20,000 nt of DNA from an uncultured virus (IMG/VR IMGVR_UViG_3300033463_000107). Taxonomy: Duplodnaviria > Heunggongvirae > Uroviricota > Caudoviricetes. This document shows, piece by piece, positions 9,401 through 17,291 of the stretch. Position 1 is the stretch's first letter. Each line of letters begins with the position of its first letter. Position numbers and translations under genes: made by a program. The notes under the pieces are model-generated. The model saw only the letters and a list, made by a program, of their open reading frames with translations, was not told where the DNA came from and ran no database searches. The stretch lies in IMG/VR virus record IMGVR_UViG_3300033463_000107; one strand, given 5' to 3'.

Positions 9401-9754
9401 TCAGGTGGTACCGGTGGCACCGGTAGCGCCCTGCGCACCGATGTTGGTCCGGAACACGATTCCGGGCAGCGCCGCATACAGGTCGGCAACATAGCTTACG
9501 CCGCTGTGGGACTGGGCCTTCGTCGCATCAATAATGCCCTGCACAACCGCAGCACCGTTCGGGTTCGCGGTAGGATCCACGTCGTACAGCAGTACGCCGA
9601 TGGCATCCGCACCGGTGGTGGATGCGCCAGCCGCCGTAATGGGGGTACCAGCCTTCATCAGGCTTTCACCCGCGACCTTCACAGGAATGGCCTGGAAGTC
9701 GTTGCTGGCAAGAATTTCAATCGTTCCAGCATAAGCAGTCTTGGCAAACTTCAT
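9401..9754 (-). CDS. Head decoration (cement) protein with a Gly-X-Thr C-terminal tail
   Basis: Lies between the scaffold and capsid genes. Has a KAGTPI..AIGVLLYDVD..VVQGIID pattern. Start taken at MKFAK (ATG 9754). Confidence 0.8.
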   Translation of the reverse strand: MKFAKTAYAGTIEILASNDFQAIPVKVAGESLMKAGTPITAAGASTTGADAIGVLLYDVDPTANPNGAAVVQGIIDATKAQSHSGVSYVADLYAALPGIVFRTNIGAQGATGATGTT

Positions 9755-9817
9755 ACCTTTCTCTCCTTTCACAAGTGTGAATATATTTCCTATCGGTCAG
9801 ACTGACCGATTTCAGTC

Positions 9818-10510
9818 TCACCGTACATAGGCATTGATGGCTTTCTGAGCCTGTTCGTTTACGACACCCTGTTTCTTGCCGAATTCAATCGCTCTGGCTA
9901 CGCCCTGTGCTTCCGGACTGTTACTGTCCGCCCCCGCGCCGGGTCCGGTGATCTTTCCGAACTCCTTCCGCAGTGCGGCTTCCCTCGCCTGCCACGATTT
10001 CTGAATCTCCAGCAGGGCGTTGTCAATGTCCGCAGCGCCGTACAGATGATCCGCAAGATTTCCGGCGGCGGTTTCGTCCAGCCCAAGTTTCCCCATGACC
10101 GACTTAACCGTCTCGCCCTTCGCCACTTTCCGGCGAAGTTCTTCCAGTTCCTGCGCCTGTTTCTCGTCCGCTTCCTTCTTTTCGTTCGCGGCAATCTCTT
10201 CAGCAGTCTGTTTTGCACGAAGTTCTTTCCGGTACTTTCCGGCTTCGGATGTCGCAGCATCCAATGCGGTTTTCTGCTTCGCCATTTCAGCCTTTAAACG
10301 TGCAATTTCGGCTTGCAGGCTTTCGGACGAATCATCCGTCTTTTCCGCTTCTCCACCTGCATTCTCGGCGTTTCCAGCGCTTTCTGCGGCGCCTTCCGCA
10401 CCCGCCGAACCTTCGCTACCGGCAGCACCGCCCGTGCCACCACCGCTGTCCTCCGCAAACATTGCGCCGAACTTCGGACTCATCCAGTAACCATTACGAT
10501 TGCGTACCAT
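9818..10510 (-). CDS. Capsid scaffolding protein
   Basis: Starts MFAED, followed by a Gly/Ala/Glu low-complexity region and then a coiled coil. Canonical position. Confidence 0.85.
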   Translation of the reverse strand: MVRNRNGYWMSPKFGAMFAEDSGGGTGGAAGSEGSAGAEGAAESAGNAENAGGEAEKTDDSSESLQAEIARLKAEMAKQKTALDAATSEAGKYRKELRAKQTAEEIAANEKKEADEKQAQELEELRRKVAKGETVKSVMGKLGLDETAAGNLADHLYGAADIDNALLEIQKSWQAREAALRKEFGKITGPGAGADSNSPEAQGVARAIEFGKKQGVVNEQAQKAINAYVR

Positions 10511-10519
10511 AGCTCATAC

Positions 10520-10647
10520 TCCTTTGCGTTTTTTAACGTGCGTCTCTGCACTGTTTTCATTGCGCGCTTTTTTAAGTGGATCTCCCCACTTTTGCGAAAT
10601 GTTTTACGTCCCTTCTCTGGGACATCTATCTCAATCGGCTTTCGCCG
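10520..10647 (-). promoter_or_regulatory. Repeated small-hairpin leader upstream of the scaffold gene
   Basis: One GAAA-loop hairpin plus three hairpins with (A/G)GAGA(A/T/C) loops, each followed by TAAAA...CGCAA. Confidence 0.6.
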
Positions 10648-10653
10648 TTGAAA

Positions 10654-11292
10654 TCACCTGACGGGGACCAGCCAGCACCGGCATCCCCAATGCGGTTTCG
10701 GTGGGACTTCGTCCAATGCAAACACCTTGCCGCCATATGAATGGCACTCATGGCATACGCGCTCGTCCTTCGCCGTCATCCAACGGACTTTCGGAATATC
10801 TTCCGCTTCAAACGCTTCCATCATGGCATAGTCCGTCACGTTGATGGCATACTGTCCGATCTGCCGACTCCAGTACCGCAGCGCCTTGTCAATCTCGCTG
10901 TTTCTATCGTCCGTTGCTTCCAGCGCTTCTGCCAGCCTGTATACCTTACGTTCCGTTTCCGTGTCGAACCGGTACAGCGTTACCGGATCCGTTTCCTTCA
11001 GAACCTTTAGTACCCATTCTTCCGTAATGACTTTTTCAGCCATTTCATGCGCCGTTTTCGGATCTTCACCGCACAGCGCCATGCCAAGCAGATATGCTTC
11101 AAATGCGATCTCGTAGTACCGCTTTCTGGCGCGTTTGGCACTCTCTCTGTAGATCGCAGCCACCGTTCGGATGATGTGGACATCGTCCCACTTCGCCAGT
11201 TTCAGACGCCCGAACGCTTCAAGGTTTTCACGGTTCATGGCTTTAATCGCCTTGTCACACGCCGCGTATACGTTCACCTTATCAGCGTCCAA
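10654..11292 (-). CDS. Head morphogenesis / minor head protein (SPP1 gp7, Mu gpF family)
   Basis: C-terminal WMTAKDERVCHEC...PPKPHWGCRCWLVP signature. Follows the portal gene. Confidence 0.88.
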   Translation of the reverse strand: MDADKVNVYAACDKAIKAMNRENLEAFGRLKLAKWDDVHIIRTVAAIYRESAKRARKRYYEIAFEAYLLGMALCGEDPKTAHEMAEKVITEEWVLKVLKETDPVTLYRFDTETERKVYRLAEALEATDDRNSEIDKALRYWSRQIGQYAINVTDYAMMEAFEAEDIPKVRWMTAKDERVCHECHSYGGKVFALDEVPPKPHWGCRCWLVPVR

Positions 11293-12994
11293 CAGTCATC
11301 CCCCCGTATCTTGGCGTACTGCGTCTTGCCTTGTTTGCACAGGCAATGCTGCTGTACTTCTGTTCGGGGTAACTCTTATGGAATCTCTTTCCGCACACAG
11401 GGCAGATCGCCCATTCGCCCTGCTGCGTATCAGGCTCTTCTCCGCTGCTACCGCCTGCGCCTGCGTCTGCCTGAATCCCTTCCGGTGTCTCCGGATTGAC
11501 AGTTGCATCTTCTTTCAGCGGCACTTCATCTGACACACCGTTAAGCCGGTCAAGTTCGGCCGCCAGCTTTTCCTGATACCTGTCATATACAATCGCGTCC
11601 TTTTCAGGATCACGCGACAGATGGCTGAAGGAGAATGCCTGAATGGACGGCATACCGGACGTCCGCAGCATGCTGAACGACTGTGCCTTAACCTGCAGGT
11701 CTTCGTAACTCTGCCGCCAGAACTTCGGCTCAATGTCGCTGATCTTCAGCCCTGTCAGATCGCCGCCGTCTGAACAGATCTTCAGCACCACCTTCAGGAA
11801 AGTGGTTTCGGCTTCCTTCCACATGCTCTGCGTTTCAAGCATCCGCGCTTCCGCATGCCACCAGCCGTTTTTCATAATGACCGCGCCGTTGTTACTGCTG
11901 TCGCCCGTGTTGCCGTTGCCCTGCGACGGCATGCCGACAATCTGCAGGATTGTCTGGTACATGTCGTTCACCAGCGTCTGCGTCTGGCTTTGGTCCAACT
12001 GCTCGTTCAGGTAGTACAGTTTCCGACCGCCGTTCCCGCCGCTGGGACTGCTCGGCAGCTTAATCGCACCAAGATCCTTCAGTTCAAGGAAGTCTTCACG
12101 GCTGATATCCACACCGTCGAACACCATCAGCGCCTGCACAAACTGTTCGATGCCGTCCATGCGGTTCGATTCCGTCAGGTTGATCGCATCCAGCAGCGGA
12201 ACCACCGGCTCAAACGCACCCATGTAGTTCGGATTGCACGGATACTCGATCAGCGTGACCATGCCAAAGTTGTGCTGTTCGCGCTTCGTGATCTTCAGTT
12301 CCTCGCCAATCCCGCTGATCGTGTACTTCACGTTCGGCGCGTACACCGTGTACTCCACTTCCTGACTCGGCGGGTCTTTGTACACATACGTGACGCCCAT
12401 CAGCACACGCTTCGTCACGTCGCTCCGGCGAACCACAAACGTGTTTTCCGTATCCGGAATGTAGATTTCAAACGGAGCCTCGTCCAGATAGTCCGTGTTA
12501 TCGCGCCCACTGTCATGAATCGCCAACCGGTACGCAACACCGCAAGTAAACATCTCGTTCGCCAGCTTCAGGTCCTTCGTCTGCTTGCCTTCCGAAATCA
12601 TCATGTCGTTCACAGACGCAACCTTTTCCGGAATCGTTTCATCCCTGTCGCCACGGCTGACATACTGGATCGGTTCACCAGCAAACTCGGAAGTCTTAAA
12701 CGTCACAATCTGATTCGCAATATTTACAACAATCTTGTTGTTAATCTCCGAATTGTACTGCTTGTACCGCTGCAGAATCGGCTGTTCGCCACGAACATAT
12801 GCCTTCAGGAACAGTTCTTCCCGCCTGTTCAGCAAATGAATCAGCAACGCTTTGTTCAGTACGTCAATTACATTGGCGTCTGTAATTTCTTCCACCGCAG
12901 AAAAAATCTGCCGACGTCCGCGTAATTCTTTCGCCAAAGCAAGGTTGTCATAGACAGATGATACTTTCACAACGTCCGGTACTTCCGCACCCAT
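11282..12994 (-). CDS. Portal protein (SPP1 gp6-like) with a C-terminal extension
   Basis: NNKIVVNIANQIV, GEPIQY, GAFEPVVPLLDAIN..SNRMDGIEQFVQALMV motifs. Start moved to ATG 12994, which has SD AAGGAGGTG; the longer ORF-track start runs through a terminator. Confidence 0.92.
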   Translation of the reverse strand: MGAEVPDVVKVSSVYDNLALAKELRGRRQIFSAVEEITDANVIDVLNKALLIHLLNRREELFLKAYVRGEQPILQRYKQYNSEINNKIVVNIANQIVTFKTSEFAGEPIQYVSRGDRDETIPEKVASVNDMMISEGKQTKDLKLANEMFTCGVAYRLAIHDSGRDNTDYLDEAPFEIYIPDTENTFVVRRSDVTKRVLMGVTYVYKDPPSQEVEYTVYAPNVKYTISGIGEELKITKREQHNFGMVTLIEYPCNPNYMGAFEPVVPLLDAINLTESNRMDGIEQFVQALMVFDGVDISREDFLELKDLGAIKLPSSPSGGNGGRKLYYLNEQLDQSQTQTLVNDMYQTILQIVGMPSQGNGNTGDSSNNGAVIMKNGWWHAEARMLETQSMWKEAETTFLKVVLKICSDGGDLTGLKISDIEPKFWRQSYEDLQVKAQSFSMLRTSGMPSIQAFSFSHLSRDPEKDAIVYDRYQEKLAAELDRLNGVSDEVPLKEDATVNPETPEGIQADAGAGGSSGEEPDTQQGEWAICPVCGKRFHKSYPEQKYSSIACANKARRSTPRYGGMTVGR

Positions 12995-13023
12995 GACCGA
13001 CACCTCCTTCGGCATTTCAATAG

Positions 13024-13066
13024 AAAAAGACGCTGAACAACGGTTCTTCTCCGCTCTCCAGCGTCT
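13024..13066 (-). terminator. Intrinsic terminator in the portal leader
   Basis: Minus strand AGACGCTGGA-G-AGCGG-agaagaa-CCGTT-G-TTCAGCGTCT followed by TTTTCT. Confidence 0.7.
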
Positions 13067-13144
13067 CCCCCTGCTCTGCTGTATCAGGTCCCCTGCAACC
13101 ATTTCGTTGGTCGTTAAAGGAACAGAACAGGATTCTTCACACGA

Positions 13145-13173
13145 ATCTTAACAGACATATTGTGGATTGTCAA
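13145..13173 (-). promoter_or_regulatory. Sigma-A/70 promoter for the portal-to-tail operon
   Basis: TTGACA (13173-13168), 17-bp spacer, TAAGAT (13150-13145), with an extended -10 TG. Confidence 0.8.
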
Positions 13174-13220
13174 CAGTTTTTGTAATGTTTGTACCACATA
13201 TTGTAATATCTTTGATCAAA

Positions 13221-14870
13221 TCAAAAAGGTCTTGCAATCACCTGCGCTTTTAACCCCGCTAAACTTTCCAAATACAGTACCGCCATTGCCATACCGTCCG
13301 CTACGTCATCATGCTTATTTTTCCCTACCATTGTGTACGTCGTCAGCATGCTTAACGCCCTTCCGTAATCAGAATTCGGTCTGTATTTCGACGCATCCAG
13401 AAACAGGCAGCGTTGCTTCACGGCGGGTGCGTTGACTACGATCTTTGTCTCCTTATTCGCCGTTGTCGGCTTTGTCGTGATCTTCGTCTTTCCGCCAAGC
13501 TGACCAACCCTATCCTGCACTTTTTCAGCTATATGCCACCCAGCACTGTTGCTTTCAAACTGTGCCTGCTGAACCTTATGCTTTACCAGCATCTGCGCCA
13601 ACCGTTCCTCAACCACGCCAGGATCCCCATTGTCGCATACGCAGTCCGCTATGTAGCAATCATTTCCATATAGATACATTACAGGCATGAACGCATAGTC
13701 GCTGCCCTTTGCTTTCGTGTCGCACACAGCCACAACTGCGTCAGGCGTTCGCTGCGGAAGCTCAAAGAACCGTCGCAGTTCGTCCGGATGGTACAGCTGA
13801 CCCTCGCGCTCTATCGGCATGTTCATGTACAGCGCGCGCCAGTCCGTATCATCCATCGTGTCACGTAGGTTTTTGTACCGTTCCGTCGTGAACCTGTCCT
13901 CTATCATCGGATAGTCAAAGTTGCTTTCGTCGTTTTCGTTCAGCGCCGGTATCGCAATAAACTTTTCCTTTCCTGTCGGGTAGTCCATCGCGTTCCGTTC
14001 CAGACGTCCAATCACATCCCACACACTCCAGCGGGTCGCTATGTGCAGTTCTGGCGGATCCCCGCTGGTCCGCTGTCGCAGGTCTGTGCTGTATGTCCGC
14101 CACAGCTTGTCCATCCGTTCCTTGCTTAACGCTTCCTCGATCCCGCTGCACAGGTCGTCGCAGTACAGCAGCTCACTGGCACGATACTTACCAGCGTTCC
14201 CTGCACCTACAGAACTGAACTGGAATGTCTCAAACCTTTTACTCTTCCCAAGGTCAATCCGCAGTTCCTTCGCATTCGTCCCTACCAGCGGACTTTCCGT
14301 GTCCGGAAACACGTCCCTGTACAGATACTCCCCGTCCTTCCCTATGATCCGCAGCACTTCGTCATAAAACCCGCGCACAATCCCGCTGTCATGCGAGAAT
14401 GTCAGTATCGCCTTTTCCGGATGCTTCCCGCCTAACCATGTGATAAAAAAGATCGCCAGCGTACTTTTCCCCACGCCAGGCGGCAAACTGATCGCCAGCA
14501 ATTTCAGTTCCCCAGACTCCAGCCGCTGCAGATCTGCGGCCACTGTCCCCAGTATTTTACGTCGCGGCAGGTAAAATCTCCGCTTCGGTTCCCTGTCACG
14601 CTCTATGTACTGGCAATATGCGTCGAAGTCAACCTTTGCGTCTGTCAGCAGGCTTTTATAGTACGTGTCGTTCAGGCTCTCTATCGCACGAAAGTTCCCG
14701 CTCCGCCGCATTGCACCGCTTATCTTCTTCCGAAGATCCTTGTTCGCTGCATGCAGCTCTAAACGTCCGTTACAGATCTCTCCGTAATAAATCGCCACGG
14801 CGTCCCTGTATACCAACGGATCGTCCGGATGCGCTTCAATACTTTTCCTTACAAGTTCCGTTACATCCAT
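13221..14870 (-). CDS. terL: Terminase large subunit
   Basis: Walker A-type SLPPGVGKST, Walker B LLYCDD, IATRW coupling motif, nuclease motifs VCDTKAKGSDY and KHDDVADG. Confidence 0.93.
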   Translation of the reverse strand: MDVTELVRKSIEAHPDDPLVYRDAVAIYYGEICNGRLELHAANKDLRKKISGAMRRSGNFRAIESLNDTYYKSLLTDAKVDFDAYCQYIERDREPKRRFYLPRRKILGTVAADLQRLESGELKLLAISLPPGVGKSTLAIFFITWLGGKHPEKAILTFSHDSGIVRGFYDEVLRIIGKDGEYLYRDVFPDTESPLVGTNAKELRIDLGKSKRFETFQFSSVGAGNAGKYRASELLYCDDLCSGIEEALSKERMDKLWRTYSTDLRQRTSGDPPELHIATRWSVWDVIGRLERNAMDYPTGKEKFIAIPALNENDESNFDYPMIEDRFTTERYKNLRDTMDDTDWRALYMNMPIEREGQLYHPDELRRFFELPQRTPDAVVAVCDTKAKGSDYAFMPVMYLYGNDCYIADCVCDNGDPGVVEERLAQMLVKHKVQQAQFESNSAGWHIAEKVQDRVGQLGGKTKITTKPTTANKETKIVVNAPAVKQRCLFLDASKYRPNSDYGRALSMLTTYTMVGKNKHDDVADGMAMAVLYLESLAGLKAQVIARPF

Positions 14871-14874
14871 GTCA

Positions 14875-15033
14875 TCACCTCAATATCACCATTTCCATGC
14901 ACGGACAGTCCGAATCACCCAACACTTCAAACTCATTCGTCGATCTGAACAGTCCGTTCTGTACTTCAATGTATATCACGTCATTTTCCGCCTTGTTCTC
15001 CTTAATCCAGTCTATAATTTCCTGCCCTGTCAT
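14875..15033 (-). CDS. Small hypothetical protein (52 aa; MTGQEIIDWIKENKAENDVIYIEVQ...)
   Basis: Manual translation. ATGA overlap with the upstream Lar-family gene. Resembles 15943-16119. Confidence 0.7.
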   Translation of the reverse strand: MTGQEIIDWIKENKAENDVIYIEVQNGLFRSTNEFEVLGDSDCPCMEMVILR

Positions 15034-15254
15034 CCTTCATACCTCCGTTTCCGCTGGTTCCACATCGCAGCAGCTTCTTCAGGACTGTGGTACCACCCAC
15101 TTTCCGTCCCGCAGCCGCCTTTTCCGTAATCACAAATCACCGCGTACCGGTCCAGAAACAGCTTCACACCATCCGCCTTGTACAGCCGTATGTTCACGTT
15201 CGGATTGCCGCAGAACGGACACTTCTTCAGCTTAACCTTCCCCGCTTCCTTCAT
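15030..15254 (-). CDS. Lar-family restriction-alleviation-like Zn-ribbon protein
   Basis: LKKCPFCG ... C..GCG ... EEAAAMWNQR signature. Confidence 0.75.
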   Translation of the reverse strand: MKEAGKVKLKKCPFCGNPNVNIRLYKADGVKLFLDRYAVICDYGKGGCGTESGWYHSPEEAAAMWNQRKRRYEG

Positions 15255-15417
15255 CACCGTCACCTTCTTCCAGCGCAATCCAGTACTCTATCTCCGCACC
15301 ACAGTTCGCGCAGTGACAGCAATGCACTATACCTTCACCTTCACGCCCCATGTCCTCAAACGTAAAGTCACCATCCCATATCACCTTTCTCTCGCCACAA
15401 TGAAAACATTCGTACAT
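15232..15417 (-). CDS. Small Zn-ribbon protein (61 aa)
   Basis: MYECFHCG...CHCANCGAEIEY. SD AAGGAGG before ATG 15417. Confidence 0.7.
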   Translation of the reverse strand: MYECFHCGERKVIWDGDFTFEDMGREGEGIVHCCHCANCGAEIEYWIALEEGDGDEGSGEG

Positions 15418-15435
15418 GCCCACGCCCTCCTTTAT

Positions 15436-15475
15436 AAAATAAAAGCGGGAACAAGCCTTTTCGGCTCGTCCCCGC
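15436..15475 (-). terminator. Intrinsic terminator
   Basis: Minus strand GCGGGGACGAGCC-gaaaa-GGCTTGTTCCCGC followed by TTTTATTTT. Confidence 0.8.
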
Positions 15476-15488
15476 AATTCTGCGTCTC

Positions 15489-15950
15489 TTATCCGCGTAG
15501 GTTGTTCGTTCCAAATAACCGCGTCATTTCAGACTCCGGTTCGTTTTCCCTGCGCACAGTTCGTCTCTTCCCCAGCTGCCGCAGGTACTCTTCCTTGTAT
15601 GCCTTCCTGTACGCTTCGTTCGCTTTCGCCCTGCGTACAATCTCTTCCTTCCGTACTTCAGCTTCTACTTCCGCACGTATCCGACGCCGCTCTTCTTCAG
15701 GATCTACCATGTATACCGTGTGCTGCCTGTACACATGCTCCCTGTGCGTCGCGTTCACACCGTCCGGTCCGCCTTTCGCCCAGTAATCACGCCGTCGTAC
15801 CCACGCCTTGTTCGTCTGTACAGACTCACTGTGCAGCACCCATACAAGCACTATCAATCCTACACAAATCCACGCTGGCGTCGATTCCCCATTACTAAAG
15901 AAACAATACGCTACAAACAACAACAGTAACGATACAATGGCACTAATCAC
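15489..15950 (-). CDS. Hypothetical membrane protein (two N-terminal TM helices, charged C-terminus)
   Basis: Hydrophobic segments MISAIVSLLLLFVAYCFF and AWICVGLIVLVWVL, followed by an Arg/Glu-rich coil. Confidence 0.65.
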   Translation of the reverse strand: MISAIVSLLLLFVAYCFFSNGESTPAWICVGLIVLVWVLHSESVQTNKAWVRRRDYWAKGGPDGVNATHREHVYRQHTVYMVDPEEERRRIRAEVEAEVRKEEIVRRAKANEAYRKAYKEEYLRQLGKRRTVRRENEPESEMTRLFGTNNLRG

Positions 15951-16119
15951 CCTTCATCACCGCGTCATCCTCTACTTCAATCATGATGGCCCCTCCTTCT
16001 GACTCACCTTCCCATACTTCCTTCGCTTTCATGTAATGATGACCACTGTCTACCGCAATTACTACATGTTCTCCCGCATTGTTCTCCTCAATCCACTTTA
16101 CAAGTTCGTTTCCTTTCAT
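15943..16119 (-). CDS. Small hypothetical protein (58 aa; MKGNELVKWIEENNAGEHVVIAVD...)
   Basis: Manual translation. Fills the gap between the resolvase and membrane protein genes. Resembles 14875-15033. Confidence 0.65.
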   Translation of the reverse strand: MKGNELVKWIEENNAGEHVVIAVDSGHHYMKAKEVWEGESEGGAIMIEVEDDAVMKGD

Positions 16120-16147
16120 CTAAAACCCTTCTTTCTTCTTTCCTTCG

Positions 16148-16726
16148 TTAAGCACTTACTTTCGCCCTGTTGTACCACGTCTGCTTGCTGATCCCAAGTT
16201 CAGCACAGCACTCTAACACCGTCTTCTCACCTTGCCTGTTCTTCGCTACAAGTTCTTCATATAATCTTTCATCCAGTTCCTTCGTTCGCCGCCCTTCCTT
16301 GTATTCTGGATTGCTTTCCTTCGCTATCGCTTTCCCCATCATCGTCCTCTCTACTATCATGTCCCGCTCAAACTCCGCAAACGCAAGCAGCATCGTTACC
16401 ATCAGACGCCCCGTCGGCGTGTCGTCTATCAACCCCATGTTCAGTATGTGTACCGACACCCCACGCCCTAACAGCTCACGTATCGTCGCTATCCCACCTG
16501 CCGTCGTCCGAGCAAACCTGTCCAGCTTCGCTACCACCAGCCTGTCACCTTCCCGTAACCGACCTATCAGTTCCGTAAACGCCGGTCGGTCCATTCGCGT
16601 TCCAGTACAGCTTTCCTTATAAATTACTTCACACCCAGCATTCCGTAACTGCTGCTCCTGACTTTCTATACTGTTCCCGTCACGAGCCTGCCCCTTCGTG
16701 CTTACACGCGCATATCCGTAAATCAT
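16148..16726 (-). CDS. Small serine recombinase (resolvase/invertase family)
   Basis: YGYARVST with the catalytic Ser, DRPAF, VAKLDRFAR, FAEFERDMIVERT and a C-terminal HTH (CAELGISKQTWY). Confidence 0.93.
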   Translation of the reverse strand: MIYGYARVSTKGQARDGNSIESQEQQLRNAGCEVIYKESCTGTRMDRPAFTELIGRLREGDRLVVAKLDRFARTTAGGIATIRELLGRGVSVHILNMGLIDDTPTGRLMVTMLLAFAEFERDMIVERTMMGKAIAKESNPEYKEGRRTKELDERLYEELVAKNRQGEKTVLECCAELGISKQTWYNRAKVSA

Positions 16727-16750
16727 CGTAACCACCCCGTACGTTCCACT

Positions 16751-16981
16751 TCATTCTATCTCTATCCATTCTTCGTTCATCCGCGTGTCAGACGGCATCG
16801 CTACTACCTTGTAATCTACCGCACGTAACGTCTCACTCAGCTTCACTACACCAATGTTGTCCATGTCCAGCCGCATCCGTATCGCACTCTTGTTCGGATC
16901 CATCCCTAACCGACGCGCTAACGCCGCCTTCGACATTCCCTTCCTCTTCAATACTTCCTTGATCGCTTCCGTTGCTTTCAT
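16751..16981 (-). CDS. XRE/Cro-family HTH protein
   Basis: KRKGMSKAALARRLG pattern; 76 aa. Confidence 0.8.
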   Translation of the reverse strand: MKATEAIKEVLKRKGMSKAALARRLGMDPNKSAIRMRLDMDNIGVVKLSETLRAVDYKVVAMPSDTRMNEEWIEIE

Positions 16982-17004
16982 TTCTTTGCCCTCCCATTAC
17001 TTCC

Positions 17005-17247
17005 TTATCGTTCCATTACTTCTACTACATATTCCTGTCCGCCTGTGTCGCTGCGTATCACCAGCTCACACCCCAATGCACTCAGTATCGTTACTAAATT
17101 GTCTACACGCATGCTCTTGCTACGGAACATCTCACTTATGTTGCTTTGCCGCTTTAACCCAGCTTTCTCCGCTACCTGCGCCTGCGTAAACCCCTTCGCT
17201 TTCATCAGCTCCTTCAGTATCGCCTTCTCATCCATTACCTTTCCCAC
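17005..17247 (-). CDS. XRE/Cro-family HTH protein
   Basis: GFTQAQVAEKAGLKRQSNISE...LSALGCELVI pattern. Confidence 0.85.
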   Translation of the reverse strand: MGKVMDEKAILKELMKAKGFTQAQVAEKAGLKRQSNISEMFRSKSMRVDNLVTILSALGCELVIRSDTGGQEYVVEVMER

Positions 17248-17291
17248 TCTTTCACCACCTATCCTATCGCAGTTCGTGTTTTTGCGTTATC

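Noticed and set aside
339..12925. Many long plus-strand ORFs (e.g. 1186-2019, 7269-8684, 11855-12925)
   Set aside because: They are antisense shadows of well-supported minus-strand structural genes, with no recognisable motifs.
12995..13102. 36-aa N-terminal extension of the portal given in the ORF track
   Set aside because: It runs through a terminator hairpin, and the strong SD lies before ATG 12994.
16148..16726. Resolvase as a prophage integrase or tail-fibre invertase
   Set aside because: It is too short for a large serine integrase (no recombinase or Zn domains), and no invertible tail-fibre cassette or flanking inverted repeats are visible in the window.
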